Source: Actinomycetota bacterium (GTDB lineage Bacteria > Actinomycetota > Actinomycetes > Nanopelagicales > Nanopelagicaceae). From it: a stretch of 44,861 bases of DNA. Shown here piece after piece: positions 1 through 7,789 of the stretch. Below the pieces are notes generated by a model. That model saw only the letters and a list, made by a program, of their open reading frames with translations, was not told the origin of the DNA and made no database searches. Location of the stretch: contig JBEANJ010000004.1 in NCBI GenBank assembly GCA_041165565.1, positions 1 to 44,861 on the forward strand, written 5' to 3'. The stretch's first letter is position 1. Each line of letters begins with the position of its first letter. The translations under genes were made by a program, and so were the position numbers.

Positions 1-984
1 GTGACTGCTGATGCTCGCATTACTCCGGGTTGTCCGGGAATGTATACAAAAGAGCACACTGATGCCTGGACTCGAATAGTTGAATTTGTACATAACAACA
101 CCGATGCCAAAATCGCGTTACAAATTGGCCACGCTGGTGCGAAAGGCGCAACTAAGTTGGCTTGGGAAGGAATCGATAAGCCAGTTGAAAAAGACGGGTG
201 GCCGCTTGTCTCAGCCTCTGAACAACAATATCTTCCAGGAATTTCCCAAAAATCTCGAGCAGCAACCAAAGAAGATATGGAACGCATTAAAGCTGACTTT
301 GTACGTGCCACAATAGAAGGCGACAAATGCGGTTTCGATTGGTTGGAATTTCACGCAGCACACGGCTATTTCATTTCATCATTTATTTCACCGCTTACAA
401 ATAAGCGAACTGATGAATACGGTGGCTCTCTTGAAAATAGGTTGCGTTATCCAATTGAGGTTTTTAAAGCGATGCGAGCCGTCTGGCCAAATGGCAAACC
501 CATGAGCGTTCGTATCAGCGCTCACGATTGGGTTGATGGCGGAATTACCCCGGATGATGCTGTTGAAATAAGCAGAGCATTCAAAGAAGCAGGGGCTGAC
601 TTCATCGATGTTTCATCGGGCCAGGTATCAAAAGAGGAAAAACCTGTATATGGACGCATGTTCCAAACTCCTTTTGCTGATCGAATTAGAAATGAAGCTG
701 GAATCTCGACAATCGCAGTTGGTGCAATTTCTGAGGCCGATCACGCAAATACCATCATCGCGGCAGGTCGAGCTGATTTATGCGCGGTAGCAAGACCACA
801 TCTAGCAAATCCAGCTTGGACGTTAATGGAAAGTGCAAAATCCGGCTTCTTAGATATTGGTTGGCCGAAACAATATCTATCTGGAAAGGTGCAACTTGAG
901 CGAAATCTTGAGCGCGAGAAGTTAATTGCAGAAGCAGCTAAATCGAGTATGACCTTTGAGGAAATCCAAGCTAAATTCGGATAA
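1..984 (+). CDS. NADH:flavin oxidoreductase, Old Yellow Enzyme (YqjM-like) TIM-barrel domain. It is 5'-truncated by the window edge. It may be the reductase half of a bifunctional aryl-CoA monooxygenase/reductase.
   Basis: The frame is open to base 1. OYE motifs are present: LQIGHAGAKG, EFHAAHGYFISSFISPLTNKRTDEYGGSLENRLRYP and the C-terminal ARPHLANPAW...WPKQY. The fusion idea is inference only, because the N-terminus lies outside the window. Confidence 0.8.
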   Translation: MTADARITPGCPGMYTKEHTDAWTRIVEFVHNNTDAKIALQIGHAGAKGATKLAWEGIDKPVEKDGWPLVSASEQQYLPGISQKSRAATKEDMERIKADFVRATIEGDKCGFDWLEFHAAHGYFISSFISPLTNKRTDEYGGSLENRLRYPIEVFKAMRAVWPNGKPMSVRISAHDWVDGGITPDDAVEISRAFKEAGADFIDVSSGQVSKEEKPVYGRMFQTPFADRIRNEAGISTIAVGAISEADHANTIIAAGRADLCAVARPHLANPAWTLMESAKSGFLDIGWPKQYLSGKVQLERNLEREKLIAEAAKSSMTFEEIQAKFG

Positions 985-1000
985 GCAGTTTTGTTGAAAA

Positions 1001-1798
1001 TTAACGGTAAGGCGAGAAGTCAGGTGGGCGCTTTTCCGTAAAGGCTTTGCCACCTTCTTTGGATTCATCTGTTGCGGTGTAAAGATCTAAGACATCAAAA
1101 GCTAAAGATTGAATGCCCATAATGTGATCGGTATCTGCATTAAATGAGTGCTTTAACGCCTTGATAGCAGTGGGAGATAGCGCAACAACTTTCTTCGCCC
1201 ACTCCATAGCTGATTCCATCAATTTATCTGAAGGGACCACTTTATTAACTAGCCCCCAGCGCTCAGCAGTATTGGCATCATATTGTTCGCAGAGAAACCA
1301 AATCTCTCTTGCCCTTTTCTCGCCAACAACTCGCGCCAAATAGGCAGAACCAAATCCGGCATCAAAAGAACCGACTCTTGGACCAACTTGACCGAATCGA
1401 GCGCTCTCAGAAGCAATAGAGAGATCAGCGAGAACATGAAGAACATGGCCTCCGCCTATTGCAAATCCATTTACAGCTGCAATCACAGGCTTGGGAATCG
1501 CACGAATTATTTTATGTAATGCTTCAATTTCAAACATTCCAGTTTCAGTCTCACCATAATTTCCTTTTTCGGCTCGCTCTTTTTGATCGCCGCCGGTACA
1601 AAATGCCTTCTCGCCCGCACCCGTAAGGATTACTGCTCCAACTTTTTTGTCTACCCAAGCAAATTTGAACGCGGAGAGCAACTCATCAACTGTGCGACCG
1701 CGAAGTGCGTTATATCGATCCGGACGATTGATAGTGATCGTGGCGACCCCATCGCTGATTTGGTATTTAATATCAGTGAAGTCGGATTTCTCAATCAT
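1001..1798 (-). CDS. Crotonase-superfamily enzyme of the MenB/BadI subgroup (1,4-dihydroxy-2-naphthoyl-CoA synthase / 2-ketocyclohexanecarboxyl-CoA hydrolase-like)
   Basis: 265 aa. It carries ITINRPDRYNAL, the AFCTGGDQK motif typical of MenB/BadI, and VNGFAIGGGHVLHVLADL. The ATG is at 1798. Confidence 0.85.
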   Translation of the reverse strand: MIEKSDFTDIKYQISDGVATITINRPDRYNALRGRTVDELLSAFKFAWVDKKVGAVILTGAGEKAFCTGGDQKERAEKGNYGETETGMFEIEALHKIIRAIPKPVIAAVNGFAIGGGHVLHVLADLSIASESARFGQVGPRVGSFDAGFGSAYLARVVGEKRAREIWFLCEQYDANTAERWGLVNKVVPSDKLMESAMEWAKKVVALSPTAIKALKHSFNADTDHIMGIQSLAFDVLDLYTATDESKEGGKAFTEKRPPDFSPYR

Positions 1799-1838
1799 GT
1801 CGAGATACTACTCCGAAGTTGAATTGAATAACCAGAAA

Positions 1839-3029
1839 CTAGACTCGAATTGCAATTGCTACTCCAAGCCCTACTCCGATACATGCGGCTGCTATGCCAA
1901 TACCGCCGCCGCGCCTTCTTAATTCTCGTGAGGTATCTACAATCACTCGGGCCGCAGATCCGCCAACTGGATGACCAATCGCGATCGCTCCCCCATTAAC
2001 ATTTACTCGGTTGCGGTCTATTTCTGGCAACTCCTTCAAGACCGTTAGCACCATAGAGGCAAATGCTTCATTGATTTCCCAGATTGCAATATCTTTAAAT
2101 GCAAGTGACAGTTTTGAGAGTAGTCCATTGATTGCATCAACCGGAGCCAAGCTAAATTCATCAGGAGATCGCGCAACGACCTTGCTTCCCAAGATTTCAC
2201 CGAATCCGCCCGAGTGATTCCTGTCAATATTCAAATCCTGAATACCCATTTCATCGGTCAACAACATGGTTACCGCGCCATCATTTATTGGAGATGAGTT
2301 TCCCGCCGTTCCGGAGCCGCCTTCAGAAAATGCCGACGGCAGTTCTGCAAGTTTTGCAAGTGAGGTATCAATTCTTATCGATTCATCTCTAGTCAAACCA
2401 CCGTATGGAAAGACAAACCCATCGTGAAGTTTTGAAGTCCACGCGCGGTCGGCCAAATGATGCGAGCGCAACGCCCATTCATCTTGTTCAGCTCGAGTTA
2501 TTCCTAATTTCGCCGCTACTTTTTCGGAACATCTACCCAGACTTTCAGTCCAGTTTCCTGGAAAATTCGGATTAGTCATTCGCCATCCGACCGTAGATTG
2601 ATTTAGCTCGCTGACTTCAACTTTCTCGGGGAGTTTCTTCTGATTCCTGCGAACAATCCATGGAGCTCGAGACATAGATTCAACTCCACCGGCTATTAAA
2701 AATTTGGCGTCGCCAGTCTTGATTGCTCGAGAGCCTTGTATAACCGCTTCTGCACCAGACCCACAAAGACGATTAATAGTAACTCCGGGGACTGTTTCTG
2801 GAAGTCCAGCAAGTAACGCACCCATTCTTGCCACATTTCTATTATCTTCACCGGCGCCATTTGCATCGCCAATCACAACATCATCGATCTCGCTCTTATT
2901 TAAAGTTGGAGTTTTAGAAACCAATTCATTTATGGTTGCACCGAGTAGGTCATCCGGACGAATATTTGAGAGCGCTCCAAAATATGCGCCGAAAGGTGTG
3001 CGAGCGGCCTGCGCAATGAAGACCTTCAT
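1839..3029 (-). CDS. 3-oxoacyl-CoA thiolase, 3-oxoadipyl-CoA thiolase (PcaF/PaaJ)-like
   Basis: I trimmed the ORF to the internal ATG at 3029 (MKVFIAQAARTPFG), because the upstream 116 codons are antisense to the SDR gene. Motifs are GDANGAGEDNRNVARMGALLAGLP (PaaJ/PcaF-like), the catalytic NRLCGSG, GHPVG and AACIGVG. Confidence 0.9.
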   Translation of the reverse strand: MKVFIAQAARTPFGAYFGALSNIRPDDLLGATINELVSKTPTLNKSEIDDVVIGDANGAGEDNRNVARMGALLAGLPETVPGVTINRLCGSGAEAVIQGSRAIKTGDAKFLIAGGVESMSRAPWIVRRNQKKLPEKVEVSELNQSTVGWRMTNPNFPGNWTESLGRCSEKVAAKLGITRAEQDEWALRSHHLADRAWTSKLHDGFVFPYGGLTRDESIRIDTSLAKLAELPSAFSEGGSGTAGNSSPINDGAVTMLLTDEMGIQDLNIDRNHSGGFGEILGSKVVARSPDEFSLAPVDAINGLLSKLSLAFKDIAIWEINEAFASMVLTVLKELPEIDRNRVNVNGGAIAIGHPVGGSAARVIVDTSRELRRRGGGIGIAAACIGVGLGVAIAIRV

Positions 3030-3037
3030 GGGGATGA

Positions 3038-3075
3038 TTATCCCTGATAAGTTAAGGTTCTCAGACAAATTAAGG
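3038..3075. promoter_or_regulatory. Candidate operator elements in the 58-bp divergent thiolase/SDR control region
   Basis: There is an inverted repeat TTATC-cct-GATAA (3038-3050) and a direct repeat TTAAGG (3052-3057 and 3070-3075). No cognate regulator is visible in the window. Confidence 0.2.
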
Positions 3076-3087
3076 ATAGGAAGCTCT

Positions 3088-3864
3088 GTGAGCAACAACC
3101 GGCAGTTACGTGTGCTCATTACGGGTGCTGGTCGCGGAATTGGACGTGCAATCGTAAATGAGCTCAAGGTTTCGCCTCTAAAACACAAAATTGCAGTTAC
3201 TGCGCGAACAGAATCAGAATTACAGGATTCAATAAAGGGCGCTTCCGGAGAAACTTTAGTTATCGCAGCAGACTTGCTTGACTCCAAGTCACCCTCCCAA
3301 ATTATTGAAAAGGTCGTAGAGAAATTTGGCGGTTTGGATTTTCTAGTTCTAAATGCAGGAGATGGAATTTCTGCCACTATCGAATCTACTGATGACGAAT
3401 TATGGAATCGAACGATGGAATTAAATGCAACGGCGCCTTTCCGCTTTATTCGATCTGTCGCTCCAATTATGCGCGAACAAGGCGGCGGAAAGATTGTAAT
3501 TGTGGCTAGCGAGGCGGGTCTTCATGGGGCCGCTAATGTCGCGGCATATTCGGCATCCAAGCACGCTATCGTTGGATTGATGCGTAGCGCGGCCGCTGAA
3601 TTGTCTCGAGATAAAATTCAAGTAAATGCGGTCTGCCCAATATTTGTCGATACCCCAATGATGCAACGAAGCGTCGAAGCTGCTGCTGCAAGAACTGGTA
3701 AGAGCGTTGATGAAGTAAGAACCACATTGGCTTCACGCCAGCCAGGTGGTCGAGTTTTAACTCCAGAAGAAGTCGCTTCTGCTGTAGTTTCATATTTGAA
3801 TGTTGATACTTCTGGTGAAGCGAAATATCTAGATGGTAGTAATACGAATGGAGCAAGTAGATGA
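3088..3864 (+). CDS. Short-chain dehydrogenase/reductase (3-hydroxyacyl-CoA / 3-oxoacyl reductase-like)
   Basis: I chose the GTG at 3088 because it is preceded by AAGGATAGGAAG. ATGs at 3028 and 3034 are alternatives. Motifs are VLITGAGRGIGRA, NAG, and YSASKHA (YxxxK). The ORF-track N-terminal extension is antisense to the thiolase. Confidence 0.85.
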   Translation: MSNNRQLRVLITGAGRGIGRAIVNELKVSPLKHKIAVTARTESELQDSIKGASGETLVIAADLLDSKSPSQIIEKVVEKFGGLDFLVLNAGDGISATIESTDDELWNRTMELNATAPFRFIRSVAPIMREQGGGKIVIVASEAGLHGAANVAAYSASKHAIVGLMRSAAAELSRDKIQVNAVCPIFVDTPMMQRSVEAAAARTGKSVDEVRTTLASRQPGGRVLTPEEVASAVVSYLNVDTSGEAKYLDGSNTNGASR

Positions 3865-4256
3865 ACTTCGAGCGAATTAATCCAGAAAATTTAGCTGCGC
3901 CAATTGGCTTCTCGCACGCCGTCGCTGTTGAGGGTAAGCGGATAATTTTCTTAGCCGGACAAACCTCAATGGAAAAGAGTGGTGGAATTGTTGGTAATGG
4001 AATTGTCGAACAGTTCGAGCGAGCTCTATCAAATCTTTTAATCTCACTAAAAGCATCAGGTGGCACACCTGACTCACTAACAAAATTAACTATTTTTTCT
4101 GTTGACCCAGAAGATTATCGAGCTCATGCTAAAGAAATCGGGTCAGTCTGGAAACGATTGGTAGGTAGAGATTATCCAGCGATGACGCTCGTCGGAGTCA
4201 CGAGATTATGGGATAAAGAGGCGTTAATCGAGATTGAAGGGTATGCCGCGATCTAA
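3861..4256 (+). CDS. ridA: RidA/YjgF/UK114-family reactive enamine/imine deaminase
   Basis: 131 aa, with GFSHAVAVEGKRIIFLAGQT and the C-terminal ALIEIEGYA pattern. Its ATGA start overlaps the SDR stop. Confidence 0.85.
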   Translation: MNFERINPENLAAPIGFSHAVAVEGKRIIFLAGQTSMEKSGGIVGNGIVEQFERALSNLLISLKASGGTPDSLTKLTIFSVDPEDYRAHAKEIGSVWKRLVGRDYPAMTLVGVTRLWDKEALIEIEGYAAI

Positions 4257-6319
4257 TGTCGCAGGCAATCGCAAAACTTTGGCGCGCTAAATCCATCGCC
4301 ATAATTGGTGCTTCAGAGCGCGAAGGAGCAATGTCGCGACTCCCAATTTCCTACCTAAAGAAATATGGATTTGAAGGCGAAATTTTTCCGGTAAACCCCA
4401 AAGGTGGCGAAATTGCTGGAATTGCTGCCTATAAATCTGTAAAGGATATTCCAAAGCAAGTCGAATTAGCTTTGATTATGGTTCCAGTGGATGCGGCTAA
4501 ATCTGCAGTCCAAGAATGTGCGGAAGCCGGAATCGCAATTGTTACGGTTATGGGATCTGGTTTCGCAGAGAGTGGCGAATCTGGCAAACAGCTTCAAGAT
4601 GAGATTGTTTCGATAGCAAAAGAATTCGGGATGCGTGTGGTTGGACCTAACTGCATCGGCTCAATTGGAAGCGAAGCCAGACTGTTAGCTACTTTTTCAC
4701 CAGTCTTCGCTTCAGATTCGACCGAGTTGGCAAAAAGTGGATTAGCCTTAATAAGTCAATCAGGTGCTCTTGGTTATGGAACCTATTCTCTTGGTATTGA
4801 CCGCTCGCTTCCGATCGGAATTGTAGTAACGACCGGTAATGAGGCAGATGTAACTGCGCTAGACGTTGCAAAAACTATCGCTGATGATGGTTCTGTTGCT
4901 GGAATCTTGATTTATGCGGAATCCATCGATGATTTAGATACGTTGGAATATGTTGCTAAGGCAAAACCAACTGCCGTTTTGAAATCCGGTCGTTCTGAGG
5001 CTGGTGCGCGAGCCGCTGAATCACATACTGGCGCTCTCGCTACTAGCGATCGAGTGATGGATGCGGCAATAAAGCGTGCTGGTGCGGTTAGGGTAAATGA
5101 TGTAGAAGAGTTGTTAGATGCCGGATCAATTTTTGCGACCAAGAAACGTCTTCTTGGAAATCGAATCGCAGTAATAACTACCTCAGGCGGTAGCGGAATT
5201 CTCGCAGCCGACGCGATAGAGAAGTATGGTCTTGAATTAGCTCGGCTATCAAAGCAAACTCGAGATGAACTCGATCAAATAATTCCTTCTTACGGCTCCT
5301 CGGCCAATCCAGTTGATCTCACCGCGGCTGTCATGTCAGATAGAGAACTATTCAAAAGAGCAATTCGGGTATTGAGCCAGGATCCTGGAATCGATGCAAT
5401 TGTCGCGGCCTTCTGTGTGCTGGTTGGCGAAGATGTAGAAATGATTGCAAATACTTTAGATTCCGTAAATCGCGAGGCAGGTGAAAAGCTTCCCATAGTT
5501 ATTGCGCGCACTGGATCGCCATCTCTTGCGCCTTCCGCAGGAAAATTATTTAGTGAAGCAAACTTGCCGACTTTTCCAGTGCCCGAACGAGCAGTCAGAG
5601 CGCTCGCTTTGCTAAGAAGAATTTCCCAATTAAATTCAAAAGGCGTTTCTAGAGCTCAAAATCAAATTACTCCTGCGCTTTCGGAACCTACCTCGGGAGT
5701 CACCGAGCGGGAGTTAAAGGAATTGTGGCGACAATCAGGTATTTCGGTACCTGAAAATATATTGATAGAAAATTCTTCCGAAGCGAGTGACGCGGTCAAG
5801 TCAGTTGGTGGCAGAGCAGTTATGAAAGTCGTTATCCCCGGCGTAATGCATAAGACTGAAATTGGAGGCGTACTTCTTGATATTGACGAGAGGGCCGCAG
5901 AGAGTTCGGCAAGAAAATTATTTGCACTAAGCGATTCCGCAAAAGTGATGGTGGAGAGATTTGTTCCCAAAGGAGTTGAAGCTTTGGTTGGAATCACAAC
6001 TTCCCCTCTTGGCAAAGTACTTACTGTGGGAGTAGGTGGAGTACTCACAGAAGTTATTCGTGATTCTGCTCTTAGAATTCTTCCCGTAACTAAAGATGAT
6101 GTTGAAGAGATGTTGAATGAGACACGTTTAGGGCAATTAATTGAGGGGGTGCGTGGCGAAAAGCCGGGAGATCGAGCCGCTCTAGTTGAGACTATCCTTC
6201 GCATTAGTGAGGCAACGGCGAACTGGCAGGGAGATTTCGAATTGGATGTAAACCCTGTAACGGTCACTACTGAGGGAGCTTGGGTCCTTGATAGTGCGTA
6301 TGTCAGACGCAAGAATTAA
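4256..6319 (+). CDS. ADP-forming (NDP-forming) acyl-CoA synthetase, fused alpha-beta type (acetate--CoA ligase [ADP-forming] family)
   Basis: 687 aa. The N-terminal CoA-binding domain reads KSIAIIGASEREG...VGPNCIG. The phosphohistidine loop reads AAESHTGALA. The C-terminal ATP-grasp reads AVMKVVIPGVMHKTEIGGV. Its TAATG start overlaps the RidA stop. Confidence 0.85.
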   Translation: MSQAIAKLWRAKSIAIIGASEREGAMSRLPISYLKKYGFEGEIFPVNPKGGEIAGIAAYKSVKDIPKQVELALIMVPVDAAKSAVQECAEAGIAIVTVMGSGFAESGESGKQLQDEIVSIAKEFGMRVVGPNCIGSIGSEARLLATFSPVFASDSTELAKSGLALISQSGALGYGTYSLGIDRSLPIGIVVTTGNEADVTALDVAKTIADDGSVAGILIYAESIDDLDTLEYVAKAKPTAVLKSGRSEAGARAAESHTGALATSDRVMDAAIKRAGAVRVNDVEELLDAGSIFATKKRLLGNRIAVITTSGGSGILAADAIEKYGLELARLSKQTRDELDQIIPSYGSSANPVDLTAAVMSDRELFKRAIRVLSQDPGIDAIVAAFCVLVGEDVEMIANTLDSVNREAGEKLPIVIARTGSPSLAPSAGKLFSEANLPTFPVPERAVRALALLRRISQLNSKGVSRAQNQITPALSEPTSGVTERELKELWRQSGISVPENILIENSSEASDAVKSVGGRAVMKVVIPGVMHKTEIGGVLLDIDERAAESSARKLFALSDSAKVMVERFVPKGVEALVGITTSPLGKVLTVGVGGVLTEVIRDSALRILPVTKDDVEEMLNETRLGQLIEGVRGEKPGDRAALVETILRISEATANWQGDFELDVNPVTVTTEGAWVLDSAYVRRKN

Positions 6320-6347
6320 CGCAGAAAATTTCGAAAGGAGATAGTAA

Positions 6348-7789
6348 GTGGACGTTGGAACGATAGTCGCCCGCTCCATGCGGCGATATCGAGATCGCGT
6401 TGCGCTTATTGGCCCAGACGGAACAAAAACTTATGGTGAGGTTGGCGCGAGAATTTTTCAACTCGCGCGCGCACTTCGCTCATTAGGACTTGAGACAGAA
6501 GATCGAGTTCTTGACCTTCAATCTAATCAGAATACCTACATTGAAACTGATCTAGGTATCTCTTCTGCCGGTCTTTGTCGCGTTGCTCTCAATTATCGAC
6601 TTCATCCAAATGACTGGGTCCGCATTACTAGAGACTGTGGAGCAAGAGTCCTGATACTTGATGCGAAATTTTGGGATGACGCTGCTCCCATACGAGAATT
6701 GGTTGAACACATAATCGTAATCAATGGTGATGGAGATGGCGCCATCCCCTATGAGAAGTTTCTTGGGAAAGAATCAACCGAGCCGTTGAAGATTGCGATC
6801 TCTCCTGACACCTTGGTTTCACTCAACTACTCCAGCGGTACAACCGGAAACCCCAAAGGTGCGATTCGCACACATAGAAATCGGATGGCAAGTCTTGGAA
6901 ATATTGTCACTGATATTTTTAAACGTACGCCAAATGAGAATGACATTTGGGTACATGCCGGCCCCGTCACTCACACAAGTGGCCTTTTTGTGCTGCCATA
7001 CTTCACATTCGGCGCCAAACAAGTTATTCACGCAAAATATGAACCTGAGTTACTTCTGGAGGAGATTGAGAAGCGAGGCGCAAATGCCACCGCGCTTGTC
7101 CCTACCATGGTGGCAAGACTTCTAACTCTTGATGGAGTAACCCCTGAGAGATTTAAGAATCTTAAGATGCTTGGTTATGCCGGCGCCCCAATGCCTCCCG
7201 AACAGATTAGAGAATGTTTTGAAAATATAACTACCCATATGGTCCAGTACTACGGATTAGTTGAAGCTATTCCCCCAGTCACCGTATTAAGTGAGGCTGA
7301 CCATCGGTTGGGTCTAGAAAAATCTCCAGAAGTTTTAACGAGCGCGGGAAATCCTTGCACGACCGTGGAAATTAAAATCGTAGATGAGGACGGAAAAGAA
7401 GTTGCTAATGGTGAAATCGGCGAGGTAATAACTCGCGGCGATCTTGTGATGCGTGGTTACTTTGGCGCGGCCGGAAGTGATCCCAACGTAACTAAAGTGG
7501 TGCGCGATGGGTCATAGCCGAAGTAACTGAAATAAATGAAGTAGCCGTTCTGGGAGCTCCGGACAAAGAATGGGGACAGCGCGTGACGGCTTTTGTCTCA
7601 CTTAAGCCAAATTCTTCGATAGATGAGAAAATCGTTGTCGAAAAAATTCTTGAGCACTGCAAATCCAAAATGGCGTCATACAAAAAGCCGAAGGATGTGT
7701 TTGTTGTTAAAGAGTTTCCGCTGAACTCAACTGGAAAAATTTCAAAGAAAACTTTGAAACTACAACTCGAGAAAGATCGTGGTGCATAA
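6348..7789 (+). pseudogene. AMP-dependent acyl/aryl-CoA ligase, disrupted by a frame change plus an internal deletion of the A7/A8 hinge region
   Basis: The GTG start follows GAAAGGAG. Frame A (6348-7517) carries YSSGTTGNPKGA (A3) and QYYGLVEA (A5), then stops at ...VVRDGS*. The C-terminal domain continues in another frame from about 7508 (WVIAEVTEINEVAVLGAPDKEWGQRV...PLNSTGKISKK, A10). The expected W-x-TGD and D-R-x-K-D...GG-x-N motifs are absent. Confidence 0.7.

Noticed and set aside
3030-3377. The N-terminal 116 codons of the 512-aa ORF at 1839-3377, and similarly the first 128 codons of the 386-aa ORF at 2704-3864
   Set aside because: The extensions have no thiolase or SDR homology and are low-complexity. 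Each lies antisense to the well-supported neighbouring gene. Internal starts with family-typical N-termini (MKVFIAQAARTPFG and VSNNRQLRVLITGAGRG) are available.
5662-6312. Long antisense or alternate-frame ORFs: 5662-6312 (216 aa), 18215-18850 (211 aa), 15664-16128 (154 aa), 3566-4066 (166 aa), 19309-19698 (129 aa), 44415-44798 (127 aa), 36494-36850, 40720-41046, and the many 60-110 aa ORFs in the track
   Set aside because: All are fully embedded opposite or out of frame with genes that have strong family motifs. Their translations are Ser/Pro/Arg/Thr-rich and low in complexity, with no recognisable domains. This is typical of shadow ORFs.
7495-7520. Programmed ribosomal frameshifting as an explanation for the two-frame CoA ligase
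   Set aside because: There is no slippery heptamer or downstream structure. More importantly, the conserved A7/A8 motifs are physically absent, so a frameshift alone could not yield a normal enzyme. Deletion, a pseudogene or an assembly error fits better.
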